Positions 1 to 12,324 are shown, counted from the stretch's first letter. The stretch is 64,000 bases of DNA from Leucoraja ocellata (GCA_036785375.1 JAWMAR010000478.1:62001-126000); one strand, 5' to 3'. The notes: generated by a model not told the origin, from the sequence alone. A program made the numbers and translations.

Positions 1-730
1 AGGTGAGAAAAAAACTTTTTCACCCAGAGAGTTGTGAATTTGTGGAATTCCCTGCCACAGAGGGCAGTGGAGGCCAAGTCACTGGATGGATTTAAGAGAG
101 AGTTAGATAGAGCTCCAGGGACTAGTAGAGTCAAGGGATATGGGGAGAAGGCAGGCACGGGTTATTGATAGTGGACGATCAGCCATCATCACAATGAATG
201 GCGGTGCTGGTTCGAAGGGCCGAATGGCCTCCTCCTGCACCTATTTTTTATGTTTCTCTGATCCCGACTACGGGTGCTGACAATACGGAGTTTGTACGTT
301 CTCCCCGTGACCTGCATGGGTTTTCTCCAAGATCCTCGGTTTCCTCCCACACTCCAAAGATGTACAGGTATGTAGGTAAATTGACTTGGTGTAAATGTTT
401 TTTAAAATGTTCCCTAATGTGTGTAGGATAGTGTTAGTGTGTGGGGATCGCTGGTTGGTGCTGATCCGGTTGGCTGAAGGGCCTGTTTCCGCTCTGTATC
501 TCTAAACTAAACTAAATTAAATCCAAAAGCTTGAAAGAGCGTACCACCAGATTCAGGAAAGGATTCATGGATTTAAGCGAGAGCTCTAGTGGCTCGTGGA
601 GTCAAGGGATATGGGGAGAAGGCAGGCACGTGTTATTGATAGGGGGCGATCAGCCATGATCACAATGAATGGCGGTGCTGGCTCGAAGGGCCGAATGGCC
701 TCCTCCTGCACCTATTTTCTATGTTTCTAA
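1..730 (+). mobile_element. CR1 LINE 3' ends with an intervening V-SINE fragment
   Basis: CR1 RT C-terminal and 3' UTR text (cacccagagagttgtgaatttgtggaattccctgcc ... gaagggccgaatggcctcctcctgcacc, tctatgtttc tail) occurs twice. SINE core ggagtttgtacgttctccccgtg with ctaaa tail at ~260-520. Confidence 0.8.
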
Positions 731-834
731 GATGCCGGATAAATGACCTCTCGTGGGCCTGGGAACGGGGAAAATGCTGCTGCGCCTTCTCATACCATCA
801 CAACCCCAGGAACTGGTGTCAGTGAGGAGTGTAT

Positions 835-1678
835 AGGACAATGAAATTCTTGCTTTGCTTAAGCACACAGAAAATAGTAGGCATTGACTACAAAACAGAT
901 AAATGTGTCCATATACCCTGATCTAAATATATACACACATGAATAAATAACTGATAAAGTGCAAATAACAGAAAGTGGTTGTTAATAATCAGAGTTTTGT
1001 CCGAGCCAGGTTTAATAGCCTGATGGCTGAGGGGAAGTAGCTATTCCTGAACCTGGTTGTTGCAGTCTTCAGGCTCCTGCCCCTGTTGCGAGTGGGGGGA
1101 TGGGGAGAGAGAGCAGAGACCCTGGTGCGAGCCTCATCTATAGTGGGGGAGGGGAACCCCCGTTCCCTGAAGAATGAGGACATTTGTGAGGCCCTGGTGT
1201 GGAAAACCTCATCCTGGGAGCAGATGCGGCGTAGACGGTGGAATTGGGAATAGGGGATGGAGTCCTTACAGGAAGCAGGGTGGGAGGAAGAGTTGTCAAG
1301 ATAGCCATATGAGTCAGTGGGTTTATAGTGGATGTCGGTCAGAAGTCTGAAATGGAGATAGTAAGGTCAAGGAATGGTAGGGAAGTGTCGAAAATGGTCC
1401 AGGTTTATTTGAGTGCCGGTTGAAAGTTAGTGGTGAAGCGGATGAAGTCAGTCAGTTGTGTGCAGGTGCAGGAGGTGGCACCAAAGCAGTCGTCGATGTA
1501 GCGGAAATAGAGGTCGGGGATGGGGCCATGATACGCCTCGAACAAAGCGGCAGGTGTAGCTGGGCCCCATGCGTGTGCCCATAGCTACGCCTTGTATTTG
1601 GAGGAAATGGGAGGAGTCAAACGAGAAGTTATTGAGGGTAAGGACCAATTCCACTAGGCTGAGGAGAGTATCAGTGGC
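835..1678 (-). mobile_element. Rex1/Babar 3' end joined to a Penelope-like RT fragment
   Basis: ORF 989-1183 ends TTRFRNSYFPSAIRLLN (Rex1-type C-terminus). ORF 1448-1654 has LNNFSFDSSHFLQIQGVAMGTRMGPSY (Penelope RT motif). Confidence 0.75.
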
Positions 1679-1929
1679 CCAGCACTTTGTGTCTAACCCC
1701 CACAGATCCGTGAGTTCCTCCAGAACTTTGTTTCCTCAATGAATAAAGGGAGTGTTTTGCACCCTCACCTCTGGGGAACTCAGACGTGAGGATGCAAATG
1801 AATACATTTCCCTTCATTCTGTGAAGGAACATTTTCATTTTTAGCACTAAATTTCCTGTCTACTTCCTCATATATCAAGAAGTCGTGGGGCCTCTCGAGT
1901 CTCTCCCACTTCATAAATTATAGTGATGA

Positions 1930-3890
1930 CAGTAGTAAAGAGAGCAAAGTCAACGCTAGCATTTATTTCAAGAGGGCTTTTATACAAAAATGTGGGGTAT
2001 AATGTTGAGGCTCCATAAGGTGCTGGTGAGGCCGCATTTGGAATATTGTGAGCGATTTTGGGCACCGTATCTGAGGAAGGATGTGCTGGCTCTGGAGAGG
2101 GTCCAGAGGAGGTTTACAAGAATGATCTCAGGAATGTTAAAATTGTACAAGGCATTGGTGAGGCCAATTCTGGAGTATGGTGTACAGTTATGGTCGCCAA
2201 ATTATAGGAAGGATGTCAACAAAATGGAGAGAGTACAGAGGAGATTTACTAGAATGTTGCCTGGGTTTCAGCAACTAAGTTACAGAGAAAGGTTGAACAG
2301 GTTAGGTCTTTATTCTTTGGAGCGCAGAAGGTTAAGGGGGAACTTGATAGAGGTCTTTAAAATGATGAGAGGGATAGACAGAGTTGACGTGGATAAGCTT
2401 TTTCCATTGAGAGTAGGGAAGATTCAAACAAGAGGACATGATTTGAGAATTAAGGGACAGAAGTTTAGAGGTAACATGAGGGGGAACTTCTTTACTCAGA
2501 GAGTGGTAACGGTGTGGAATGAGCTTCCAGTGTAAGTGGTGGAGGCAGGTTCAATTTTATCATTTAAAAATAAATTGGATAGGTATATGGACGGGAAAGG
2601 AATGGAGGGTTATGGTCCGAGCGCAGATAGATGGGACTAGGGGAGAATAAGTGTTCGGCATGGACTGGAAGGGCCGAGATGGCCTGTTTCCGTGCTATAA
2701 TTGTTATATGGTTATATGGTAATCAGGAGGTTAACCTATGATCCGCGCTTGTTGGCACTGGGCCTGTTCTCGCTGGAGTTGAGAAGAATGACGGGGGACC
2801 TCATTGAAAAATAAAGAATAGTGAAAGGCTTGGATAGAGTGGATGTTAAGAGGATATTTCCACCATTGGGTGAGTCTAGGAGTAGAGGTCACAGCCTCAG
2901 AATTAAAAGACATTCTTCTACTCCTATTCCTGATGACCTTATGATGGGAGCTGAATTAAGCCATTCGGCCCATCAAGTCTACATCGAACATTCAATCATG
3001 GCTGGTCTATCTTTCCCTCTCAACCCATTCTCCTGCCTTCTCCCCATAACCCCTGACACCCGTACTAATCAAGAATCTATCTGGTGTATTTTGTACCTTA
3101 AAAAATATTAATTGACGGCCTCCACAGCCTTGTGTGGCAAATAATTCCACACTCGCCATCCTCTGACAGAAGAAATTTCTTCTTATCGCTTTCCCAAAAG
3201 AACGTCCTTCAATTCTGTGGCTGTGACCTGTGTACTTAGATTCTCCCACCTAGTCTAATCATCTGCCCCCCTCACCTGTATCCACTATCACTTGCCAGGC
3301 TTTGGACCCATTCACACCTGCTCACACAGTTTGCACAGTTTAGAAATCGGGAGGTTATGTTGCAGTTGTGTAAGCCGTTGGTGAAGCCACATTCAGAATA
3401 TGTGCATTCAGTTCTGGGCACCATGTGATCGGAAAGATGTTTTCACCTGGAATGGGTACGGAGAAGATTTATGAGGGTGTTGCCAGGAATGGGTCGGCTG
3501 GGATGCTATTCCTTTCACGCAGGAGGATGAGGGGTGATCTTATGCAGATGCAGAGGAATAGATCGGGTAGACACACAGTGTCTCTTGCCCAGAGTAGGTG
3601 AATCGAGGACCAAAGGACATTGATTTAAGGTGAGAGGGGGAAAAAGGTTAACTGGACTCTGAAGGGTGACTTTTTCACAAAGGGTGTTTGGTGCATGGAA
3701 CAAGCTGCCAGAGGAGATAGTTGAGGTATTGGTTATCCGAACGTTTAAGAAACAGGTAGGTACACGGGTAGGACAGGTTTGGAGGGATATGAACCAAATG
3801 TGGGCAGGTGGGACTAGTGTAGCTGGGACATGTTGGCCGGTGTGGTCAAGTTGGGCCCAATGGCCCGTTTCCACATGGTATCACTCTGAC
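1930..3890 (+). mobile_element. Cluster of truncated CR1 LINE fragments (several subfamilies, mostly +)
   Basis: ORF 1990-2535 contains LVRPHLEYC..W.P...KD...LERVQRRFTRM twice, indicating two stacked CR1s. Tail is gttatatggttatatgg. Confidence 0.85.
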
Positions 3891-4281
3891 TATGACCTTG
3901 CTTTTCCAGTTTTCTACCCTACTCCTTCAGTCTGGACTCAATCTGAAATGTCATTTGTGGAAAGAAGGAACTGGCCATACTAGTCCACTCCCGCCACAGA
4001 TCCGCTGAGTTCCTCCAGCACTTTGCTTTCTTGATTAATAAAGGGACTGTTCTGCATCTCAGCTTTAGGGAGAAGTTTGATACATTTTCCCTTCTGCAAA
4101 AAGGACATTTTCATTTTTCACAGAAAGTTTCCTGTTACTACTTCTGTCCACTTCCTCGTGAAGCAAGAGGTTGTTGGGCCTCTCAAGTCTCTGCCACTTC
4201 ACTGATTCCATGACTCTTACTCATACACTAGGAATAACTTACGGGGCTAATTAAAGTCAGAGGGGGGGAAGCTGAAAGAGG

Positions 4282-4670
4282 CGGCATGGTGGCACAGCGG
4301 TATAGTTGCTGCCTCACAGCTCCAGAGACCTGGGTTCAATCCCGACTACGTGTGCTGTCTGTACGGAGTTTGCACGTTCTTCCCATGACCTGCGAGGATT
4401 TTCTCCGAGACCTTCGGTTTCCTCCCACACTCCAAAGACGTACGGGTTTGTAGGTTAATTGGCTTGGTTTCAATGTAAAATTGTCCCTCGTGTGTATTGA
4501 ATGGTGTTACTGTGCAGGGATCGCTGGCTGGCACGGACTTGATGGGCCGAAGGACCTGTTTCCGCGCTGTATCTCAAAACTAAACATAGAACTAGTGTGT
4601 GAACGGGTGATCGATGGTCGGCGCGGACTCAATGGGCCGAGGGGCCTGTTTCCACGCTGTATCTCTAAAC
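4282..4670 (+). mobile_element. tRNA-derived V-SINE (HE1-like)
   Basis: Box A/B-like tggcacagcgg ... gggttcaatccc, V-core ggagtttgcacgttct...ggtttcctcccacactccaaagac, ctaaa tail. Further copies near 12620-12760(-), 20675-20980(+), 33025-33710(+), 43865-44105(-), 48165-48840(-). Confidence 0.8.
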
Positions 4671-5619
4671 TTAACGAGTTCTAAAATGTGTGGGGATTAT
4701 TTTTTTACCCAGAGTGGTGGTGCCTAGGGGTGATGGTCGATGCAGCGGTGATGGTGGTGTTTTGGTGGCCTTGAGATAGGCACATGGACATGCAGGGAAT
4801 GCAGAATTCCAGATTATGTATAGGCAAGGAGATTAATTTAGCATTATGTTCGGCACAGACATTTTGGGTCGAAGGGGCTGTTCCTGTGCTGTTCTCTGTT
4901 CTTGGTTCTGACCCTCTGCTAATTTATTATAAAACTTTGCATAATTAGTTGAGCAAACTTGCCTTGCACAATTCCACACATTCTTGAATCATTAACTCAG
5001 CGGGTCAGGCAGCATCTCTGGAGAGAAGGTATGGGTGATGTTTCGGGTGGAGACCCTTCTTCTATCCAGAGATGCTGCCTGTCCAAACCAGTATCTGCAG
5101 TTCTTTCCTAAACAATTCTTGAATCAGTGCAGTCTTATCCAAATCAGCAACCTAACCATGGCACTGTGGAACAGGAAGCTGGGACACCCGTTAGATTACA
5201 TACCTCCAATTTGACAGGGAGGGGTGCAGAGACTAGAGACCATCATCCAACTCAGTATTCCGTACCTGCCTTCATACCCCCTGATCCCTTTAGCCACAAG
5301 GGCCACATCGAACCCCCTCTTAAATATAGCCAATGAACTGGCCTCAACTATCTTCTGTGGCAGAGAATTCCACAGATTCACCACTCTGTGTGAAAAATGT
5401 TTGTCTCATCTCGGTCCTAAAAGATTTCCCCCTTATCCTTAAACTGTGTGACCCCTCGTTCTGGACTTCCCCAACATCGAGAACATTCTTCCTGCATCTA
5501 GCCTGTCCAACCCCTTAAGTTTCAATGTGATCCCCCCTCAATATAGGAAAATCTAGCGAGTACAAGCCGAGTCTATCCAGTCTTTCTTCACATGAAAGTC
5601 CTGACATCCCAGGAATCAG

Positions 5620-6308
5620 TCTGGTGAATCCTGCTTTGACTGCACGGATTGGAATGTGTTCAGGGAAGCCACCACAAGCCTCGATGAGTATACGGACACT
5701 GTATCATCATATGTCAGCTAAGACCTGGACATGGTTCAACAACAACAAGCCCTGGTTCACTGCAGAACTCAGACAGCTTCGACAGTCTAAAGAGGAGGCC
5801 TACAGGAGCGGGGATGCAGGCCTCTACTGGCAGGCCAAGTACAAGCTGAGAAGAGGAATCGGAGCTGCCAAGGAAAGGTACTCTGAGAAATTGCAGAGCA
5901 AGTTCTCAGCTAGTGACTCGTCTTCAGTTTGGAAGGGCTTGCAAGAAATGAGGCTGGGAAAGCACATCTTGGACCCGCAAACGCTCAGCATAGGAGCACC
6001 GCAAGGCGCTCTCCTCTCCTCTACTCTCTCTAAACCAACGACTGCACCTCCACAGACACCTCTGTCAAGCTTCTAAAGTTTGTGTATGGCACAAGCCTGA
6101 TTGGACTGATCCAGGATGGGGAGGAATCTGCCTACAGACAGGAGTTGGCCTGGAGTTGTCACAGCTGGTGTCCTGGTGCCATCGCAACAACCTAGAGCTC
6201 AATGCTCTTTAGACAGTGGAATTGATTGTAGTCTTTAGGAGATCTTCTCCCTCCCGTTCCCCACTCACCATCAACAACACCACAGTCACATCAGTGGAGT
6301 CTTTTAAG
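5620..6308 (+). mobile_element. Rex1/Babar non-LTR retrotransposon fragment (runs into gap)
   Basis: NNNKPWFTAELRQLRQSKEEAYRSGD and decayed RT motifs (GAPQG, LIVVFRR..PLTINNTTV..VESFK). Confidence 0.75.
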
Positions 6309-6508
6309 NNNNNNNNNNNNNNNNNNNNNNNNNNNNNNNNNNNNNNNNNNNNNNNNNNNNNNNNNNNNNNNNNNNNNNNNNNNNNNNNNNNNNNNNNNNN
6401 NNNNNNNNNNNNNNNNNNNNNNNNNNNNNNNNNNNNNNNNNNNNNNNNNNNNNNNNNNNNNNNNNNNNNNNNNNNNNNNNNNNNNNNNNNNNNNNNNNNN
6501 NNNNNNNN

Positions 6509-7430
6509 CACTTCCCCTCTGTGTTGTTTTTAAATTTGCTCAAAAACGGTTCAGATGTCGCCCGTCCAGAAGCTGCCGAGAATAAAGCTGAAGCAGCAGA
6601 GTGTGGGCTGTTGACCCCCCTCAAACACTCCCCCTCCCCCACCCCCCCTCCCACACTCCCCCTCCCCCACACCCCCCTCCCCTACAGCCCCTCCCCCACA
6701 CCCCCCCTCCCCTACACCCCCCTCCCCTACACCCCCCTCCCCTACACCCCCCCTCCCCTACACCCCCCGTCCCCTACACCCCCCCTCCCCTACACCCCCC
6801 CTCCCCTACACCCCCCTCCCCTACAGCCCCCCTCCCCTACAGCCCCCCTCCCCCCACACCCCCCCTCCCTACACCCGCCCTCCCCACCCCACCTTCCAAA
6901 ACTCCCTCCCCCACACACCACACACACCCTTCCCCGCCCCAACACTCCCACACACCCCCCCTTCCCTACACCCCTTCCCCACACCCCCACTCCCCTACAC
7001 CCCCCCTCCCCTACACCCCCCCTCCCCTACACCCCCCCTCCCCTACACCCCCCTCCCCTACACCCCCCCCTCCCCTACACCCCCCCTCCCCTACACCCCC
7101 CCTCCCCTACACCCCCCCTCCCCTACAGCCCCCCTCCCCTACAGCCCCCCTCCCCCCACACCCCCCCTCCCTACACCCGCCCTCCCCACCCCACCTTCCA
7201 AAACTCCCTCCCCCACACACCACACACACCCTTCCCCGCCCCAACACTCCCACACACCCCCCCTTCCCTACACCCCTTCCCCACCGCACTCACCCCCCAC
7301 ACTCACCCCCCACCCTCACCCCCCACACTCACCCCCCACACCCCCCTCCCACACACACTCCCTCCCCTACCCACACGACACCCCCTAGTCACGCAACCCC
7401 ACAAACCCCTCCCCACACATCCCTTCCCCC
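6509..7430 (+). mobile_element. Probable non-autonomous Helitron-family copy with C-rich low-complexity interior (5' end in gap)
   Basis: gttgtttttaaatttgctcaaaaacgg at ~6524 matches the reverse complement of the 5' region of the Helitron at 21718-22885. Both carry a long C-rich ccccctcccctacacc-type tract on the element strand. Confidence 0.55.
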
Positions 7431-8614
7431 TTCATTCCAATGACATGCAGGTTTGTAGGCTAATTGGCTTGGCAACATTGTAAATTGTCCCTAGCGTGTG
7501 TAGGATAGTGTTAGTGTGCGGGGGATCGTTGGTCGGCACAGACTCGATGGGTCGAAGGGCCTGTTTCCACGTTGTATCTCTAGACTAAACACAGAACTAG
7601 TGTGTGAACGGGTGATCGATGGTCGATGCGGGCACGGTGGGGTAAAGGTCCAGTTTCCGTATTGTATCTCAAAAAGTAAACATAGAACTAGTGTGTGAAG
7701 TGGTCGGCATGGTCTGTGGGCCGTGGGAGCCTGTTTCTGTGCTGTATCCCTAAACTAAACTAAGCTCTGAGCAATTTCTTGTGGTCTTGGGCAGAGCTGG
7801 TCCCAAACCAAAGTGTAATGCAACCTAACCGTGTTCTTTCACAATTCATGTGGAGAAGTTGGTGTGAGTCACTGGAGAAATGCTGAACTTCCTTCATCTT
7901 TTGAGCAAGATGAGACATCAGTTGCTTTATTGACCACAGCTTCAATGTAGTTGGTGCAGCGTATGCTGTTGGTGATATTTACAGACATGTGATAGGAGCA
8001 GAATTAGGCCATTCAGCCCATCAAATCTACTCCGCCTTTTAATCATGGCTGATCCATCTCCCTACTAATCCCATTCTCCTGCCTTCTCCCTATAACCCGT
8101 GACACCCGGACAAATTCACAATCTACCTTTCTCTGCCTCAACAATATCCACTGACTGGGCCGCCACAGCCTTCTGTGGCAAAGAATTCCACAGATTAACC
8201 ACCCTCTCACTAAAGAAATTCCTCCTCATCTCCTTCCTAGAACAACGTTGAATTCTGAGGCTATGACCCTCCCAGTAGTGGAAAAGTCCTTTCCACATCC
8301 ACTCTATCCAAGCCTTTCACTGTTCGGTAGGTTTCAATGCGGTCCTCCCTCATTCTTCTAAACTCCAACTAGTACAGACCCAGTGCTGACAAACACTCTC
8401 ATATGTAAACACACTCATTCCTGGGACCATTCCTGTAAACCTCCACTGGACCCTCTCCAGAGCCAGCACATTCTTCATCAGATACAGGGCTCAAAAGTTC
8501 TCACAATATTCCAAATGTGGCCTCACCAGCTCCTCATAGAGCCTCCGCATTGCATCCATGTTGCTTAATGTATATTGGTCGCTGGAGTTTTACTGCAATA
8601 ACTTTCTCTTCCAG

Positions 8615-8696
8615 ACCGGGAGATCGGGTAACTGACGGGATATCTGGGATCAGACAATGATCGGGAGATCATTCTTCCTCCTCTCCCTTCTCCAAG
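8615..8696 (+). CDS. Siglec-like gene, leader exon (5' UTR plus ATG at 8657; MIGRSFFLLSLLQ, phase 1)
   Basis: Acceptor actttctcttccag|, ATG at 8657, hydrophobic leader, donor G|gtacca at 8697. Phase matches the V exon acceptor at 9000. Confidence 0.8.
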
Positions 8697-8728
8697 GTAC
8701 CATCAGCAGCAACTCAGAAGTGTTTACG

Positions 8729-8862
8729 GGGAGTGATGCACTGGGGGAGGGGCGGTGAGGAGGGAGTGATGCACTGGAGGAGGGGCGGTGAGGAGGGAGT
8801 GATGCACTGGGGGAGGGGCGGTGAGGAGGGAGTGATGCACTCGGGGAGGGGCGGTGAGGAGG
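8729..8862. repeat. 33-bp G-rich minisatellite, ~4 copies, intronic
   Basis: Unit gggagtgatgcactgggggaggggcggtgagga repeated in tandem. Confidence 0.9.
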
Positions 8863-8999
8863 GAGACTCTACCACTACGCCACCATGCTGCTCTTCTACG
8901 CTCTGTTCACACCGGGTCCACAGCGCAGGATAAACGGTGTGGAAAGTCCAGTGAACTGACAGGGTGTTCACTGCTAAAGATTGTTCCTTCTCTCATCAG

Positions 9000-9976
9000 C
9001 CGTGATGTCGGGAGAGTGGAGTGCGTGGTATCACCGGCCTGTTCATAAACACCTCCATAAACACCCCCTGGTCCGTTTCTATCAATCAATCATTGAAAGC
9101 ATCATCACCTCCTCAATCACAGTCTGGTACGGTAACACCGATAGTCACTCACTACATAGAATACAGCGCATTGTTTCCAAGGCCTCCAGGATCATCAACT
9201 CCCCCCTCCCCTCAATCCATTCCATTTATCTTCAACGTACCTCAAAACGGGCAAAAAAGATCATCTCGGACCACTCCCATCCAGCAAATCACCTTTTTCA
9301 GTCTCTCCCTTCAGGGAGGCGCCTCAGGTCACTTGCTACTAAAACCACCCGCTTTAAAAATAGTTTCTTCCCCTCAGCAATAAGAACTCTTAATTCCGTC
9401 CAATAATCAGACAATAATATGATTTCTGATGTATACAGTGTCTTGTCTATGGTCTTTGTTTGTTCTTTTGCATTATGTAATGTTGGTGAGATGTGTGATT
9501 TGTGATGTGGTATGGATGCACTTTATTACGGTGATCTGTGTTATTAGTGGTATGTAACTAAAGCAGTGTACCATCATGTACCGAACCCAAATACCACCAA
9601 CCCTGGTTGCGTGGCAAATAAAGATTCTATTCTATTCTATTCTATTCTGTGACAGCGCAGAATGGTTTGTGTGCACGGATTCCGTGTAACTACACGTACC
9701 CGTCGTATCCGAACAGTAATCCACGGACTGGAATCTGGTTTAACAGTGGGACGCACAAAGATTCTGTAGCCTTCCACTCCGGGAATCCCAGTGTAGCATC
9801 AACAAAGTTTCAGCATCGGACCCGGCTGTCAGGAATCCTGAAAGACAACGACTGTTCCCTGGTTATAGACAACGTCACGCCGCAAGATACAGGTCCTTAT
9901 TTTTTCAGAGTTGATTTCGGAGGGGGAAATAAATATAAATACAACTACCTCCCTGCAACAAAGCTCACTGTTACTG
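9000..9976 (+). pseudogene. Siglec V-set (sialic-acid-binding) exon, split by a retroelement (segments 9000-9042 and 9651-9976)
   Basis: Rejoined: AVMSGEWSAWYHRPVTAQNGLCARIPCNYTYP...NDCSLVIDNVTPQDTGPYFFRVDFGGGNKYKYNYLPATKLTVT. It has the Siglec Cys pattern (C-x4-C plus E-strand Cys) and the essential F-strand Arg in YFFRV. Acceptor ctctcatcag| and donor G|gtaagt. Confidence 0.9.
9043..9646 (+). mobile_element. 5'-truncated Rex1/Babar element inserted in the V exon
   Basis: FYQSIIESIITSSITVWYG...LPSGRRLRSL.TKTTRFKNSFFPSAIRTLN; aataaa plus (ttcta)n tail; 4-bp ctgt duplication at 9039-9042 and 9647-9650. Confidence 0.9.
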
Positions 9977-10432
9977 GTAAGTGCTCTGTATAATTCACTC
10001 ATTCACTCAACAGTTTCTCCCAGCTGTTATCAGGCAACTGAACCAACCTACCACAACCAGAGAGCAGTGTTGAACTACTGTTGACCTCACTGGTGACCCA
10101 TCGGACTATCCTTGATTGGACTTTGCTGGCTTTACCTTGCACTAAACGTTATTCCCTTATCACGTATCCATACAATGCAAATGACTCGATTGCAATCATG
10201 TATAATCTTTCTGCTGAGGCAGATAGTAGTTCAGGACCGCTCCCTGGTTGTGGTAGAATGATTCAGTTGCCTGATAACAGCTGGGAAGAAACTGTCCCTG
10301 AATCTGAAGGTGTGCGTTTTCACACTTCTATACCTTGTAAAAACATCCTTGCTCGTGTGGGACTGGGATTTCGATGTGAACCGATGTATCCAGTGATATT
10401 TAACTAACAGTATTTGTTTCTCTGTGTGTTAG

Positions 10433-10726
10433 ATTTCACGGATAAACCCACGATATTTCCTGCTGAATTGGTGGGAGGAAAGCCTGTGAACATGACCTGC
10501 TTCTTCAGCACCACGTGTAATGGAACGGCACCCACCTTAACCTGGGTCACCCCCGCTGATGAACCACCGTCAGCCTCACACAGCGTAACTCAGCAGGGTG
10601 ACACTCTGACATATACTTCTGTTCTGTCCCTGACCCCAGCGCTCAAACATCACGGACAAAACCTCACCTGCAGAGTCACATACCCAACTGTGTCATCGGA
10701 GCAGACCCTCACATTGACTGTGGAAT
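10433..10726 (+). CDS. Siglec-like Ig domain 2 exon (C2-set), intact, phase 1-1
   Basis: 294 nt with no stop: DFTDKPTIFPAELVGGKPVNMTCFFSTTCNGTAPTLTW...HHGQNLTCRVTYP...TLTVE. The extra Cys fits the Siglec interdomain disulfide. Splice sites ttag| and T|gttagt. Confidence 0.9.
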
Positions 10727-11069
10727 GTTAGTACGGAGATCGTTTATTGTGCAGGAACATCAATAATCTATTAGCAGTGCTGGTATATAAGGTCATAGAC
10801 GATAGGTACAGAATTAGGCTATTCAGCCCATCAACTCTACTCTGCCATTCAATCATGGCTGATCAATCTCTCTCTCCTAACCCCTTTCTTCTGCCTTCTC
10901 CTCATATCCTCTGACACCCGTACTAATCAAATCAACACCAAAAGCTGGAGAAACTCAGCAGGACAGGCAGCATCTCTGGAGAGAAGGAATGGGTGACGTT
11001 TCGGGTCGAGAGCCTTCTTCAGACTGAAAGTTACAGGAAAGGGAAACGAGAGATATAGACGATGATGTA

Positions 11070-11440
11070 GAGAGATGTATGACCTACCTGATCTCCTGGT
11101 TGCTAAACACATTTATTCTCCTTCCCATTCCCACACTGAACTTTCTGTCCTCGGACACCACCATTGTCAGAGTGAGGTTCCATGCAAATTGGAGGATCAG
11201 CATCTCATATTTTGCTTCGGCAGTTTACAGCCCAGTGGTATGTATATTGATTTCTCTAACTTCAGGTAGCCCCAGCATTCCCTCTCTCTCCATCCCTCCC
11301 CCACCCAAGTCTCATCAGCTTCTCGTTCTCACCCAACAAACAGCTAACAACGGCCTGTTTCCTTTATCATCGTTAACTTTTTGCATATCTTTCATTCTTT
11401 GTTCTATATGTCTCTACACCATCGTCTATATCTCTCATTT
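11070..11440 (+). mobile_element. Penelope-like GIY-YIG C-terminal fragment
   Basis: LVAKHIYSPSHSHTELSVLG...KLEDQHLIFCFGSLQPSGMYIDFSNFR. A similar - strand piece lies at ~31600-31905. Confidence 0.7.
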
Positions 11441-11608
11441 CACTAAACATAGAACTAGTGTGTGAATGTGTGATCGATGGTTGGCGCGGACTCCGTGGGC
11501 TGAAGGGCCTATTTCCGCAGTGGATCTCTAAAGTCTGCAGACTAAAGTCTTTGACAAGGATCAACGAAAGTGCCGTAAATCTAGTTGCTGAATGTTATCT
11601 GTTTGCAG

Positions 11609-12324
11609 ACGCCCCCCAGAATCTCTCAATCACTTCCCCCGACAATGTGAACAATTCCTGGGTCAGTATAAAGGAAGGAAACTCTGCAGCGATCCTCTGC
11701 TCCCTCCAGAGTTTCCAAGCGTCTAACCTGATGTGGAGACATCGGTGTCACGCTGAACACAACACGTTCCAGCAACGAGCTGTGGATGGACATAGACATA
11801 GACATAGAAAATAGGTGCAGGAGGTGGCCATTCGGCCCTTCGAGCCAGCAGCGCCATTCATTGTGATCATGGCTGATCGTCCCCAATCAATAACCTGTGC
11901 CTGCCTTCTCCCCATATCCCTTGATTCCACTGGCCCCTAGAGCTCTATCTAACTCTCTCTTAAATCCATCGAGTAACTTGGCCTCCACTGCTCTCTCTGG
12001 CAGGGAATTCCACAAATTCACAACTCTCTGGGTGAAAAGGTTTTTTCTCACCTCAGCCTTAAATGGCTTCCCCTTTATTTTAAAACTATAGACCCTGGTT
12101 CTGGACTCGCCCAACGTTGGGAACATTCGTGCATCTACCTTGTCCAGTCCTTTTATATTTTATATGTTTCAATAAGACATCCCCTCATCCTTCTAAACTT
12201 CAGTCAATACAAGCCTATTCTTTACAATTCCCTCAGCTGACAGGGAAGGATGCTGGGGTCTATCAGTGTGTAGTGGAGAATGACCATGGGACAGCAGAGA
12301 GGGATGTGACCCTCATTGTAGAAT
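11609..12324 (+). pseudogene. Siglec-like Ig domain 3 exon, frameshifted and split by CR1 (segments 11609-11788 and 12225-12324)
   Basis: YAPQNLSI...KEGNSAAILCSLQSFQASNLMWRH / GVTLNTTRSSNELWM / QFPQLTGKDAGVYQCVVENDHGTAERDVTLIVE. Rejoined length 280 nt (2 short of frame). Splice sites tgcag| and T|gtgagt. Confidence 0.85.
11789..12224 (-). mobile_element. CR1 3' fragment inserted in Ig domain 3 exon
   Basis: ORF 11887-12126 is the CR1 C-terminus. The (catagacat)n tail abuts exon sequence at 11789. Confidence 0.9.

Noticed and set aside
4282-4350. tRNA-like sequence
   Set aside because: It is the tRNA-derived head of a SINE, continuing into the SINE core and tail.
6521-7483. 320-aa and 280-aa Pro-rich extensin-like ORFs
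   Set aside because: Translations of C-rich low-complexity repeat that is open in several frames; no splice or domain support.
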